Shown here: positions 19,536 through 30,139 of the stretch, in pieces | Position numbering within the stretch: the first letter of the stretch is position 1 | How the letters are laid out: each line of letters opens with the position of its first letter | Source of the DNA: Gemmatimonadaceae bacterium | GTDB lineage: Bacteria; Gemmatimonadota; Gemmatimonadetes; Gemmatimonadales; Gemmatimonadaceae | Direction of reading: 5' to 3' | Length of the DNA: 64,000 nucleotides | Assembly (NCBI GenBank): GCA_051859245.1 | Contig: JBHYGA010000004.1 | Span: forward strand, 480,001 to 544,000 | Position numbers and translations under genes: made by a program | The notes under the pieces: model-generated | What the model was told of the DNA's origin: nothing | Database searches by the model: none | What the model saw: only the letters and a program-made list of their open reading frames with translations

Positions 19536-20105
19536 ATGCAACAGAACGTACGTGGATTTGTGTACAGCGCCGTCACGGTCGCCGCACTCATTGGCGCCGC
19601 GGCCTGCGGTGATTCGTCAACGGCACCTGGTGGTGAGCAGGAAGTGATTTCGCGGGTGACGCTCACGCTCACACCATCGGGTGGTGGTGCGCCAATCGTG
19701 ACGTACATCGACGACCCGGATGGAGCCGGTCCGCAGGCGCCGGGAGCGCAGGTTGGTGCGCTCGCCCTCGCGCGTGGCGCTGTCTACACGGGTGCGGTGA
19801 AGTTCGAGAACCGTCTGGTGAATCCGCCGGAAGACATCACCGAAGAAGTGGAAGAAGAGTCGAACGAGCACCGCGTGATCTACACGGTGACGGGTGCGGG
19901 ACTTGAGATTGCGAACTACGACGTGGATTTGCAGGGGCGTCCGCTTGGCGTCACGTTTACCGCCGTGAGCGGTACACTCGCCGGAACCGGCGCGGTGCGC
20001 GTAGTGCTGTGCCACTACGGCGAGTCACCAAAGCCGGCAACCGCCACCAGCTGCACGGTGGACACCGATATTGACGTGGCCTTCAACTTCAGCATCTTGA
20101 ACTGA
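19536..20105 (+). CDS. Lipoprotein accessory to the TonB receptor
   Basis: AAAC lipobox; EQEVISRVTLT and acidic DITEEVEEESNEH motif; co-oriented directly downstream. Confidence 0.7.
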   Translation: MQQNVRGFVYSAVTVAALIGAAACGDSSTAPGGEQEVISRVTLTLTPSGGGAPIVTYIDDPDGAGPQAPGAQVGALALARGAVYTGAVKFENRLVNPPEDITEEVEEESNEHRVIYTVTGAGLEIANYDVDLQGRPLGVTFTAVSGTLAGTGAVRVVLCHYGESPKPATATSCTVDTDIDVAFNFSILN

Positions 20106-21574
20106 TGCGCACGCTGGCCGTCACCCTGCTCCTGTTCGGCGCCTCCACCGGCGCCGCAGGGCAGGAAGTGTACGGCACCCTGCGTGCGAGCAGCAATGAA
20201 GCACCCGTTGCCGGCGCAATCGTGCTGGCACTGCGGGCCACCGATCAGAGCCAGCTCGCACGCACCATTACGGGAGATCGCGGCACGTACAGTCTGCGAT
20301 TTGAACCCGACTCGGTCACGTTGCGCGTGCTGCGCGTAGGACAGCGCCCCTTCGAGCTCGGCGCGCTGCGTGTGAACGAGGGCGAGCGCATTGAACGCAG
20401 CGCCGTGCTGCCCGATGCGCCCGTTGTTATTCAGACCATGACCACGCGTGTGTCGTCGCGCTGCCGTGTGCGTCCGGAAGGCAGCGAAACGGTGGCGCAG
20501 TTGTTTGATGAAGCACGCAAAGCGCTGGATGCATCGCGGTTGATCTCAAGCGATGGTGCGCCCGTTGCGCGCTACCTGATGTTCACACAATCACGCAGCG
20601 TGCGCGGCGCGGCGATCGGATTGCCGCAGCAAACGGTTCGCACCACCAGTTCAACGTCACCGTTTCGCAGCGTGGCGCCGGAATCATTGTCGGTAGCGGG
20701 ATACGTGACCGATGAATCAGACGGCAGCACACTCTACCGCGCACCAGACGCGCGAGTGCTCCTCTCCGACGAGTTTCTGTCGCAGCATTGTTTGCGACTG
20801 GTGAACGGCTCGCGCGCCGAACCACACTTGATCGGCGTGGAGTTTGAGCCGGCCACACGCTCCCGTGATCTTGTGCAGGTGCGCGGCACACTCTGGATGG
20901 ATCGCAGCACCAAGGAACTGCAGCGCCTTGATTTTGTGTACGTCGGGCTTGATCCGGCGCTCATGCGAGCGAATCCCGGTGGCAGGGTAGAGTACACGCG
21001 TCTCGATAACGGGGTGTGGTTTGCGAGTTACTGGGAGATTCGTATGCCGCGCTACTCCATGCGCGCACAGCGCAGCGAACTCAACATGCAGGCGGCCGGA
21101 TCACGCCGCGACATCGTCGTAGAAGGTGTGCAGGTCACAGGCGGTGAAGTGCTCGGCATTACCACCCGCGCCGGTATGTTGTACACACGCGGCATTCCGG
21201 AAACGTCAACAATCGGCGTATCGGATTTGTCGGCCGAAGAGTCCGCGTGTGCCGATGCGTCTGCCTCGGGTACGCTTGCTGGCGTGGTAGGTGTGGTGCA
21301 GAACAATGGGCGCAATGCAATTGCCGCGGCCACGGTACGCGCTGAATGGAAGCAGGAGTTCCGGCGCGTGGGGAACGATCAGTGGGTGTGGCAGAACCGT
21401 ACGCTGTCCACCGTGACCGATGACACGGGCTACTACAGTTTATGCAGCGTGCCCAAACAACAGTTAATCACGCTGCAGAGCACGTATGAAGAGCGTGCGA
21501 GCCGCAAGGTGTCAGTGCGCGTTCCGCAATCACGCGCGCAAGCGGTTGTTAACCTGACGATTCCGGATCGCTAG
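20105..21574 (+). CDS. Secreted carboxypeptidase-regulatory-like domain protein (paralog of 12393-13904)
   Basis: Same architecture; PDARVLLSDEFLSQHCL; GYYSLC. Confidence 0.75.
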   Translation: MRTLAVTLLLFGASTGAAGQEVYGTLRASSNEAPVAGAIVLALRATDQSQLARTITGDRGTYSLRFEPDSVTLRVLRVGQRPFELGALRVNEGERIERSAVLPDAPVVIQTMTTRVSSRCRVRPEGSETVAQLFDEARKALDASRLISSDGAPVARYLMFTQSRSVRGAAIGLPQQTVRTTSSTSPFRSVAPESLSVAGYVTDESDGSTLYRAPDARVLLSDEFLSQHCLRLVNGSRAEPHLIGVEFEPATRSRDLVQVRGTLWMDRSTKELQRLDFVYVGLDPALMRANPGGRVEYTRLDNGVWFASYWEIRMPRYSMRAQRSELNMQAAGSRRDIVVEGVQVTGGEVLGITTRAGMLYTRGIPETSTIGVSDLSAEESACADASASGTLAGVVGVVQNNGRNAIAAATVRAEWKQEFRRVGNDQWVWQNRTLSTVTDDTGYYSLCSVPKQQLITLQSTYEERASRKVSVRVPQSRAQAVVNLTIPDR

Positions 21575-22735
21575 CGACTTTGGCGCGTCGTCCGGCACTG
21601 CGAATGAGTGCGATGCCGCCAAGTGAAACCACGGCGCCAACAACAAACGGCCACGACAGATTGGTGAGCGAGACCACGCCGCTCGCGCCAAACGGGCCGA
21701 TCACGCGCCCGAATGACGCCGCGCTCTGATATTCGCCCAGTGCGGCGCCGCGTTCGTGCGGCCCCGAGAGGCCGGCAATCAGGTTGCCAAAGGTTGGATT
21801 CAGAATTGCCGAACCCAGTCCAAACACACCGCGAGCGCCACGAGCAGAATGCTCATGGTGCCCGACACGGGAATTGCGATCATCCCCACGGCCACCAGCA
21901 CAATGCCGATTTGCGCGAGCACATACGCGCCAAACCGTTTGGTGAGTGGTGCGGTGAGCCACACCTGCACGACCACACTCACAATGCCAACGAACATGTA
22001 CACGAGCCCGAGTGTGCGCGGCCCCATGTTCATGGTTTGTGCGGCCCACAGTGCGAGTGTGCTTTGCAACATGGCCACGGCAGCGATGACCACCACGGTG
22101 GTAAGCAACACCTGTCGCATGCCATCGCGCTTGAAGTACGTGCCGAGTTTTGGTCGTGGCTTGGAACGTGTGGTGGCGCGCACTTCATCAGACAGCGATT
22201 CGGGCAATCGGAAGAACGTGAGCACGAGCGCAATGAGCGACATCACGGCGGCGCCCCAGGCCACACGAACGAGGCCATCGCCGGCCGCGTCATTGCCGGC
22301 GAGCAGGCCACCAAGTGCCGGGCCGGCAATGAAGCCGAGTCCGAATGCGGAGCCAAGCAGTCCGAGCGCTTTGGGGCGCGTGGCGTCGGTGGTGATGTCG
22401 GTGGCGTAGGCGTAGGCGGTGGCCACGTTGCCGGCGGCGAGGCCGGCGGCAATGCGCGAAACCGCGAGCTCAAGACCGGAATCAGCAAAGGCCAGCATCA
22501 TGGATGCAACGGCGTTGCCGAGCAACGTGATTAAAAGCACGGGCCGTCGGCCGATCCGGTCCGACATTGTGCCCCAGATCGGTGACCCGACCAGTTGGCC
22601 CAATGAATACAGGCCGAGGAAGAAGATCACCGACGCCGGGTCCACCCCGGTGCGTTCCGCGTAGAACGGAAACACCGGAATGATCATGCCGAAGCCGATC
22701 AGGTCGAGAAAGACGATGATAAAGAGCGTGAGCAT
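21549..22735 (-). pseudogene. TetA/DHA1-like MFS transporter, frameshifted
   Basis: FLDLIGFGMIIP, GTMSDRIGRRP, GLGFIAGPALGG; last TM helices continue in another frame after GTGTGTTT at ~21822-21829. Confidence 0.85.
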
Positions 22736-22825
22736 TGGTGCGCGAAGGGTAGCGAGGCCAACTGTTTCGCGCGACCGTGCGTTTACAAGCGAGCTCAATC
22801 ACTTCCCCGCAGGAATCACACCTCC

Positions 22826-23434
22826 ATGACTCGTCGCGCCTCCAGGCCGTCCTCTTCACGTGCGCGCCGCGGCGTGACTCCAGCCCCTCTGGGCGCGCCC
22901 TTAGCGTCACTGCAGGCGTTGGAATCGAGTCGTGGAGGAGAAAATGCTTCTGTACTGCTCGATAAATGGCGCGATAGCGTCGACAAATCGGAGCAGGTGT
23001 TCACCGCGTCCGTGGCGTACCTCTCCACCGGCAAGCCAGAAGGCTTCACCAAAGACGAGCGCTGGTTTCTGCTCGCGTTGCTCGCCGAGGCAGTTGATGA
23101 CGAGGAGCTCGGGCCGGCCTGCGAGGCGCTCGAGGAGCGGCTGGAAGAGGAAGCGGCAAAGTGGCCGGGTGATCACGACGACGAACCTGATGATTCCAAG
23201 CTGCGCGAGCTGTCGCCCGTGTATCTCACCATGTCCGACGCGTGGTCGTCACTGCGTCTGGCTATTGAGGTGAACTTTTTCACGACGATTGGTCTGCCGG
23301 AGGCCGCGCGCGCGTTGGTAAGCGACGGCAACGAATGGGAACGTGCACTGCGTGACGGTGAGGCGACACTTCTGGGTGTGCCGCGCATCGTGCTCACGGC
23401 AGACGACGATCCATTCGGTATCTTGATGAAATGA
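22826..23434 (+). CDS. Acidic hypothetical protein
   Basis: 202 aa ORF; ATGA overlap with the exonuclease start. Confidence 0.6.
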   Translation: MTRRASRPSSSRARRGVTPAPLGAPLASLQALESSRGGENASVLLDKWRDSVDKSEQVFTASVAYLSTGKPEGFTKDERWFLLALLAEAVDDEELGPACEALEERLEEEAAKWPGDHDDEPDDSKLRELSPVYLTMSDAWSSLRLAIEVNFFTTIGLPEAARALVSDGNEWERALRDGEATLLGVPRIVLTADDDPFGILMK

Positions 23435-24315
23435 CCGACTTCGAACTCCTCGCGACACAACTCGAAACGCACGCCGACTATCGCGTACTGCGTCGACTGA
23501 AACCCACGGAGCGATTTGTTGCGCCATCGCCGGATCATCAGCTGCGACACGCGCTCATTGTTGATGTAGAAAGCACGGGCATCGACAAAAGCACCGACGC
23601 GATTATTGAACTTGGTGTGGTGCGCTTTACCTACGACGCGGTCACAAGTCAGCCGGTTGAAGTGATCGCCGCCGAGTCGATGCTCGAAGATCCGGGTCGC
23701 AGCATTCCGGCCGAAGTGGTGGCCCTCACCGGCATTACCGACGACATGGTGCGCGGACAGCGCATCTCTGATGTTCGCGTGCATGAACTGCTCGATGGCG
23801 CGGGTATTGTGTTCGCGCACAACGCGGCGTTTGATCGCGCGTTTGTGGAGCGACGGTTTCCGGCGTTTAAAGATGTGTACTGGGGCTGCACGCAGCGCGA
23901 CATCGATTGGCGCGCACTCGGTATTGGTTCACATTCGCTCGAGTTTCTGGTGTACCGTCATCTTGGTGCGTTCTTTGACGGACATCGCGCGGTCGACGAT
24001 TGTCGTGCCACGTTAGCGTTGCTTGAAAAGCGCACGGCAGACGGCACGTTGCCCATGGCCAAACTGCTCGACGCGTGTCGCATGCCGCGTGTGAAGGTGA
24101 GCGCGGTGGGCAGTGCGTTTGACACCAAGGACATGTTGCGCGAGCGCGGGTACCGATGGAGCGGGAACGATGGCCTGCCGCCCAAAACGTGGTGCAAGGA
24201 GATTCCGGAGTCGCAGCTGGCGGAGGAGCGCGAATGGCTGCGGAGCATGGTGTACGCCACGGGCCGCGGTGAGCCGAGTGTGGAGAAGGTGGATCTGAAG
24301 CGTCGCTGGACGTGA
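23431..24315 (+). CDS. DEDDh 3'-5' exonuclease (DnaQ/epsilon-like)
   Basis: IVDVESTG, AHNAAFDR, HRAVDD motifs. Confidence 0.9.
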   Translation: MTDFELLATQLETHADYRVLRRLKPTERFVAPSPDHQLRHALIVDVESTGIDKSTDAIIELGVVRFTYDAVTSQPVEVIAAESMLEDPGRSIPAEVVALTGITDDMVRGQRISDVRVHELLDGAGIVFAHNAAFDRAFVERRFPAFKDVYWGCTQRDIDWRALGIGSHSLEFLVYRHLGAFFDGHRAVDDCRATLALLEKRTADGTLPMAKLLDACRMPRVKVSAVGSAFDTKDMLRERGYRWSGNDGLPPKTWCKEIPESQLAEEREWLRSMVYATGRGEPSVEKVDLKRRWT

Positions 24316-24433
24316 TGCGGTAGCGATTTTAGGAGCGCGGGGCGGGTCATCGTACCCTGTCACGGAAGAGCTTGTCCGGTGAGGTTACACTCGTGCGCAC
24401 CATACGGGTATGCACATCACCTCACGATTCCCG

Positions 24434-25066
24434 ATGCTTCCGATTTCCCCCGATATCTGGACGATCCGAGCGATGCTCGTTGGCCGCGTGTACGTGTTAC
24501 GCGACGCCGACGGGCTCACGCTCGTGGACGCCGGTTTGTGGGGGCGCGGCGGCCGTATTCTGCAGGCGCTCGCACGCGATGGTTTTCCGGCCGAATCAGT
24601 GAAACGCGTGATCCTCACGCATCACGATCTCGATCACGCGGGTGGCCTCGACACGGTGTTGCACGCCACGCGCGCCGAACTGATCGCGTCACCGGTCACC
24701 ATGCAGCGTTTGCGTCGCGGCACGCGTGCACTCGCAGGTGCAACGCGCGCGGTGACCGACGGCATGATATTGCGCGACATTCTGGGCGGGCTCGCGGTGA
24801 TTGAAACGCCGGGTCACCGACAGGGGCATCTCTCGTTGTGGCAACCGGAGCGTGGTGTGCTCATTGCCGGTGATGCGGTGATGACGGGTGCGCTGTCGAG
24901 TGTGGCGCCGTGGTTGGCGCACGATCGCAGTCAGCTGGCGCACGATCTCGATCGATTGTCGCGACTGGCGCCGCAACTGGTGTTGCCGGGGCACGGCGGT
25001 GTACTACGACGCGGGGCCGGTGTGTGGCTGTCGTCGCGTGCGGCTCGGATTCGCGGGGCGTACTGA
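24434..25066 (+). CDS. Metallo-beta-lactamase fold hydrolase
   Basis: LVDAG, THHDLDHAGG, TPGH, IAGDA, LPGHG. Confidence 0.88.
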   Translation: MLPISPDIWTIRAMLVGRVYVLRDADGLTLVDAGLWGRGGRILQALARDGFPAESVKRVILTHHDLDHAGGLDTVLHATRAELIASPVTMQRLRRGTRALAGATRAVTDGMILRDILGGLAVIETPGHRQGHLSLWQPERGVLIAGDAVMTGALSSVAPWLAHDRSQLAHDLDRLSRLAPQLVLPGHGGVLRRGAGVWLSSRAARIRGAY

Positions 25067-25149
25067 GCGAGGTTGTACCAGGTGCAGGTGGAGGGCACGG
25101 GAAGGCGCGAAAAGCTCGAAGGGCCCTCCACCTGCACCCAAGCCAATCT

Positions 25150-26739
25150 TCACGACACGCGAAAACTTCCCGACGGCCGCTCCGGCACAACATCCGGCGG
25201 CCACACAATATCCTCGACCTCGGCGTGCATCCACGCATCCGCATGCAGTGGCTTGCCCACCGGAAATGCATCCGCCGCCGCGAACTCCTGCGTGATACGC
25301 GTCGCCTCCACACTCTCCGCGTCGCTCGCCGTAAGACCAACCGGCAGCGCAATCACAAAGCGCGCACCACTCCCCTGCGCGGCATCGGTCACGTACGCCG
25401 TGCCACCGTGACGTTCGGCCAACGTGCGCACCACGCTCAGACCAAGTCCGCTGCCACCAACCGTGCCGTCGCCGGGATTCAAACGCTCAAACGGTTCCCA
25501 GATGCGCGGACGTTCAGACGCGGGCACACCCGCGCCTTGATCATCCACACGAAACTCCACCGCATGTTTGGCACCGCTACCAAGTTCGAGCGTAATCGTT
25601 TGTCCAACCGGTCCGTACTTCACCGCGTTGTCGAGCAGGTTAAGCAGCATTTGTCGCAGCGCACCAGCGTCTACAAACGCCAGCGCCGCTGACGGCAATC
25701 GCGTACGAATCGTCACGCGTCGCGCAGCCGCAACCGGAAGGAAACCCAGAATCACATCGCGCGCGAGCTGCGCCACGTCGGTGACTTCACGCGCAAGTGG
25801 CAAGGCACGTCGCTCTGATCGCGCAAAACGCAGAATACTTTCCACGAGATGCCCCAGTCGTTCACTCTCGCGGTTGATTACACCAATCCAGCGCTTGGCC
25901 TGCTCCGGCGATTTGGCGCGATCGAGCAACAGCGTTTCGCTGAACATGCGAATCTGCGTGAGCGGCGTGCGCAACTCATGTGAGACGGCCGACACAAACT
26001 CGTCTTGCGCCTGCACCAGCTGTTGCTGTTGGCGAAGAAACAGCGCAGCACTTGCTGCGAACGTGGCCGCGAGTGCGAGCAATCCAACCAATAACCAACG
26101 CCCGGAGCCGGGCATGGCGCGCGCAATGATGTCATCCGCGACTTCGCGGTGCAGGCGCACGCCGACGTCAAGACAGTCGGGCAACGTGCGATACGAAAAC
26201 TCGCCAAGAACAGATGACCCTGCGAACTGCGGTATGTCGTAGCTCTCGTCACGAAACCGAACCACACCTCGGCAATCACGCACTTCAAACGCGAGCACAT
26301 TGTTGAGCGACGCCGGATTTGGAATGGCCAGCGAACGTCCATTCTTACCCACATGCACGCCCATGGAGTTGGCCGTGTCCACCGGCCACGGTACTCCACC
26401 GAACGTGGGCGGCAACAACTCGATTGAGCGACGTACGGTGAGCGCGAGCTGCGGAATCTGATCCGCGCCCTGCATGGCAATCGCGCCGCTGAACGCGTCG
26501 GGCGCGCGCAGTCGCAAGTGCTCCGCAAACTGCCGCGCGGCAAACATGACCTGTGCGCCGAGCGCCTGTTGCATGTTGTCGCGCTGCGATTGCCACGAAC
26601 GAATCGTGGCCACTACCGCAATGCACACCACCAGCACGGTGGCGAGCAGCGCCCCAACCGCCAGCCGTGCCGCACGGTGACGCGAACCGGCGGCGCCAAC
26701 GGTTGGCTGTTGCGTCGAAGCTGCGCGCTCCGTTGTCAC
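25150..26739 (-). CDS. Membrane sensor histidine kinase
   Basis: Two TMs, SHELRTPL H-box, NLLDNAVKY, DQGAG, GSGLGL. Confidence 0.93.
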   Translation of the reverse strand: MTTERAASTQQPTVGAAGSRHRAARLAVGALLATVLVVCIAVVATIRSWQSQRDNMQQALGAQVMFAARQFAEHLRLRAPDAFSGAIAMQGADQIPQLALTVRRSIELLPPTFGGVPWPVDTANSMGVHVGKNGRSLAIPNPASLNNVLAFEVRDCRGVVRFRDESYDIPQFAGSSVLGEFSYRTLPDCLDVGVRLHREVADDIIARAMPGSGRWLLVGLLALAATFAASAALFLRQQQQLVQAQDEFVSAVSHELRTPLTQIRMFSETLLLDRAKSPEQAKRWIGVINRESERLGHLVESILRFARSERRALPLAREVTDVAQLARDVILGFLPVAAARRVTIRTRLPSAALAFVDAGALRQMLLNLLDNAVKYGPVGQTITLELGSGAKHAVEFRVDDQGAGVPASERPRIWEPFERLNPGDGTVGGSGLGLSVVRTLAERHGGTAYVTDAAQGSGARFVIALPVGLTASDAESVEATRITQEFAAADAFPVGKPLHADAWMHAEVEDIVWPPDVVPERPSGSFRVS

Positions 26740-26753
26740 GTGAGGCGTATCAG

Positions 26754-27419
26754 TCAGGCGCCCATAGACGAAAGGCCACCACCATGCACCAATGCCGCAA
26801 CGCGTGCGCGCGAACTCACATCAAGTTTCTCGAGCACTTGCTCCACGTGATTGCGCGCGGTGAATCGCGAAATGCCGAGGGCCTGCGCGATTTCTTCATT
26901 CGTGAGCCCATCGGCAACCAGTCGTGCAACACTGGCCTGACGCGGCGTGAGTTCAAAACGCTCCGACAACATGCTCTCAATTTCCTGCGGATCTCGTGGG
27001 GCCACTGCGCCAGTTGCAACCGCGCGTTCACCTGTTGTTTCGGTGCGACCCGTAACCGATGCACGGCGCAACTGCGCATTCACACGCGCCAGCAGTTCCA
27101 TCGTGCCAAACGGTTTGGTCACGTAGTCATCCGCGCCCAGACGAAAGCCCTGCAGCTTGTCGGCCTCCGCACCGCGTGCCGAGAGAATGAGCACCGGACA
27201 CCAGCACTCGGCCTCGCGCACTTGGCTCAGCACACCAAACCCGTCGAGCCCGGGCAGGCCGAGGTCGAGAATCACCAGATCGGGCACGCGACGTTTGATC
27301 GCCATCACGGCGTGTCGTCCGTCGCGCGCCAGATCTACTTCGTGCCCTTCAATCTCGAGATTCGCCTGGAGTCCTTCGGCGATATCGATGTGATCTTCTA
27401 CCACCAGTATGTATGCCAT
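26754..27419 (-). CDS. Response regulator (receiver + LuxR-type HTH)
   Basis: VVED, ILDLGLP, GADDYVTKPF; LTPRQ...GLTNEEIAQALGIS...KLDVSSR. Confidence 0.92.
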   Translation of the reverse strand: MAYILVVEDHIDIAEGLQANLEIEGHEVDLARDGRHAVMAIKRRVPDLVILDLGLPGLDGFGVLSQVREAECWCPVLILSARGAEADKLQGFRLGADDYVTKPFGTMELLARVNAQLRRASVTGRTETTGERAVATGAVAPRDPQEIESMLSERFELTPRQASVARLVADGLTNEEIAQALGISRFTARNHVEQVLEKLDVSSRARVAALVHGGGLSSMGA

Positions 27420-27477
27420 GACATCAACCTACGGATGGGTGGCGGCGGTCTGACGGGTCACTCGACCCATCGGGGCG

Positions 27478-27563
27478 ATACGACGTTGCATGCGACGTTT
27501 TCAGAGCGATGCGACGTTTGATGCGACATTTTCAGAGCGATGCGACGTTTGATACGACGTTTT
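27478..27563. repeat. Short tandem repeat array upstream of the response regulator
   Basis: Six copies of TRCGACRTT; 31 bp unit TGCGACRTTTTCAGAGCGATGCGACGTTTGA present twice (27491-27552). Confidence 0.85.
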
Positions 27564-27575
27564 GAGGCTGGAGCC

Positions 27576-27932
27576 TTATTCGTCCGTCAGAAACACGCTC
27601 AGCAGTCCGCTCACTACGCTCACGATGAGCGAGCCAAGCAGCGCCGAGATAAAGCCGTCTACGGTAAACGCAATGCCAAGGGATCCGGCCAGCCAGCTGG
27701 TGAGCATGAGCAGCAGCGCGTTCAGGACAAAGGTAAAAAGTCCAAGCGTGAGCACCTGCACGGGCAGCGAGAGTACGGTGAGCACCGGCTTGATAAAGGC
27801 GTTCACCACGCCGAACACCAGGGCCACGCCGAGCAGTCCGGGCCACGATCCGGTGTAGTCGATGCCGGTGAGCAGATACGCGGCGACCCAGAGCGCGGCG
27901 GCGTTGGCGATGAGCCGACCAATTGCATTCAT
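27576..27932 (-). CDS. YvlD/phage holin family 4-like membrane protein
   Basis: VNAFIKPVL..LSLP..LTLGLF..VLNA motif; 4 TMs. Confidence 0.85.
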   Translation of the reverse strand: MNAIGRLIANAAALWVAAYLLTGIDYTGSWPGLLGVALVFGVVNAFIKPVLTVLSLPVQVLTLGLFTFVLNALLLMLTSWLAGSLGIAFTVDGFISALLGSLIVSVVSGLLSVFLTDE

Positions 27933-28123
27933 TGAGTATCGAACGGCGAGAGGAACGTGTTCGAGAGCACTCGGCGCGGCCGGTGTCTCGCTCCGCATGA
28001 CGCTAGTGAGCGTGTGGGCGCTCCGATAGATGGGCTCGCCACGAAGTTTGCCCGTGGCGAGGGGTCGAGAGGGGGCCGCGCGTCGGATGATCCCCGACAC
28101 GATGCGCAGAGATCTCCCGATGG

Positions 28124-29125
28124 TTGCAGGTCTGCACCGAGCCGACAATACAGGCCATGCATGGAGAACCGACCTCAGCCGCGCGCGCACCCACAGGCCC
28201 AATCCTGGTCGCCTGTAACGGTGCGTCGTGTGCCGACGGACTGTTCGGTGCGGCCCGCGTGGCGGCGGCGGCGCTCGACGCGCGCGTGGAAGTGATCCGT
28301 GTGTGCGAGCCCACGCCGCTGGCCCCCGCATTCGGTGGTGGGATGCACGCCGCACCCGAGCTCGACGCCATGCGCAAGCGGTTGATCTTTGACGAAATGC
28401 GGCGCATGGTCTCGGTGGAACCGATGGCCGATTCGTCCTGGGTGGTTGACGTACAACTCGGCGCGCCGGCCGAAACGCTGGCCAGTGCCGCCGACGCACG
28501 CGACGCGCGGTTGATGATCATGGGGATCGGTCGCCACAATCCACTCGACCGCTTGCTGGGTACGGAGACCACACTGGCCACCCTGCGGCATGTGCGTGTG
28601 CCGATCATGGCCGTAGGCCACGGATTCAGTAGCGCGCCGCAGCGCGCGGTGGTGGGCATGGATTTTTCGCCGGCCAGCATGCGTGCCGCACGTATTGCCA
28701 TGCAACTGCTGGGCGAAAGAGGACGCATGACGCTGGTGCATGTGCGCCCGCGTTTTGACTATCCGAGCGAAGAATGGCGCGCCTGGGATCAGGAATACGC
28801 CCGCAGTCTGGCGCCGCTCTTTGCCGACGCGGTGGCGCAGCTGGCCGCGCCGCGCGGTGTCGCGGTTGAGACGGCAACCGTGCGCGGTGATCCCGCCGGC
28901 GCGCTGCTGGCGTACGCGCAACAATCCGGCGCGGATCTGCTGGCGTTGGGAACGCAGCGACACGGTGTGATTGAACGCCTGCTGATTGGATCGGTGGCCA
29001 CGCGTGTGCTGCGCAATACACGCATTGCCACAATTGTCGCGCCGTCGCCGCAGGCTGCAGGAACGGCAACACCGGTGGCGGCAGACAGCGCACACGATCC
29101 GTGGCGCGCCCAGCCGCACGGTTGA
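28124..29125 (+). CDS. Universal stress protein, tandem USP domains
   Basis: LMIMG...RLLGTET; VVGMDFS; DLLALG...RLLIGSVA. Confidence 0.88.
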   Translation: MQVCTEPTIQAMHGEPTSAARAPTGPILVACNGASCADGLFGAARVAAAALDARVEVIRVCEPTPLAPAFGGGMHAAPELDAMRKRLIFDEMRRMVSVEPMADSSWVVDVQLGAPAETLASAADARDARLMIMGIGRHNPLDRLLGTETTLATLRHVRVPIMAVGHGFSSAPQRAVVGMDFSPASMRAARIAMQLLGERGRMTLVHVRPRFDYPSEEWRAWDQEYARSLAPLFADAVAQLAAPRGVAVETATVRGDPAGALLAYAQQSGADLLALGTQRHGVIERLLIGSVATRVLRNTRIATIVAPSPQAAGTATPVAADSAHDPWRAQPHG

Positions 29126-30139
29126 TCAGAACACGCGCAAGTTGAAATAGCGACGCGGGTTTTTTCTGATATCCTCGAGCAGTGCCCGCAGCTCGACCAC
29201 CGCAGAATCGCTGTTGCGGTAGAGACGATCATCGTTCATTAACAAGCCCAGCGTGCCGTTGCCGCGATTGAGCTTGGTAAACGCGGAATCTGCATTCGCC
29301 ACCGCGTGCTCAAGCTGCACCTGCGTGCGACCAACATCTACAGAGAGCGTGCGCAGCTGCGTGGTGGTGGCCAGCAACTCCTGCGACGCTTTTTTCACGG
29401 TGTTCACGATATCCGTGATTTCGCCGCGACTCGTACTCGCGTCAATGCGGCGCGCAACCGAATCAATGATGGCCGCTGCCGCGGAAAGATCGGCAATACC
29501 GCGCTGCACATCGGCACCAACGACATCGAGATTCTTTGATTGTTTGGCGACCGTGCGCTGCAACTCGCCGGAGAGTTCGGCCAGACTGCGAATGGTGCTG
29601 CGCATTTCCTTGGCGGCGTCGTCATCAAACGCGGTGCGAACGCGGTCCGCAACTTCTGCGACGTCACCGGCGATACGGCCGGCCACCGTGGTGAGTTGTG
29701 CAATGTCGGGCAGCAGCGCACCAGGCAGTGTATCGCGCGCACCACTTGCTTCCGTGATGGCGGCGCGCAGTTCACGATCTACCGGCAACCCATCAGCGCT
29801 CAGAATTGTGGCTTGCCACTCGCCAAACAAACTCGACGAGACGAAAAGAACGACGGGATTGGTTGGCAGCTCTACGCCTTCGTCGAGCGCGAAGCGCACC
29901 ACCACCCATCCGGAATCACCAAGCGCAATCTGATCCACGCGCCCTGTTTTTACACCGCGAATCACCACGGCGCTCCCGAGGCTCACGCCGCCCACATCAC
30001 GCACACGCGCGTGCAACTTGTCGCTCTTGTCGCCGATTGACGACTGATTGACCCAGAGCACGGCGGCGATCATCACAAAGATCACCACCAGCACGGTGGT
30101 GCCGACCACGGCGTCGTTGACGCGCTGTTTGCTCGTCAT
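29126..30139 (-). CDS. mlaD: MCE/MlaD family protein
   Basis: N-terminal TM, GGVSLGSAVVIRGVKTGRV MCE motif, GTLGLLMND, DIRKNPRRY. Confidence 0.85.
   Translation of the reverse strand: MTSKQRVNDAVVGTTVLVVIFVMIAAVLWVNQSSIGDKSDKLHARVRDVGGVSLGSAVVIRGVKTGRVDQIALGDSGWVVVRFALDEGVELPTNPVVLFVSSSLFGEWQATILSADGLPVDRELRAAITEASGARDTLPGALLPDIAQLTTVAGRIAGDVAEVADRVRTAFDDDAAKEMRSTIRSLAELSGELQRTVAKQSKNLDVVGADVQRGIADLSAAAAIIDSVARRIDASTSRGEITDIVNTVKKASQELLATTTQLRTLSVDVGRTQVQLEHAVANADSAFTKLNRGNGTLGLLMNDDRLYRNSDSAVVELRALLEDIRKNPRRYFNLRVF

Noticed and set aside
27478..27563. Possible mini CRISPR array
   Set aside because: Repeats are contiguous with no unique spacers, and there are no cas genes in the window
27576..27932. 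Holin-family gene as a prophage marker
   Set aside because: YvlD-like membrane proteins are common chromosomal genes; no phage structural, lysin or integrase genes nearby
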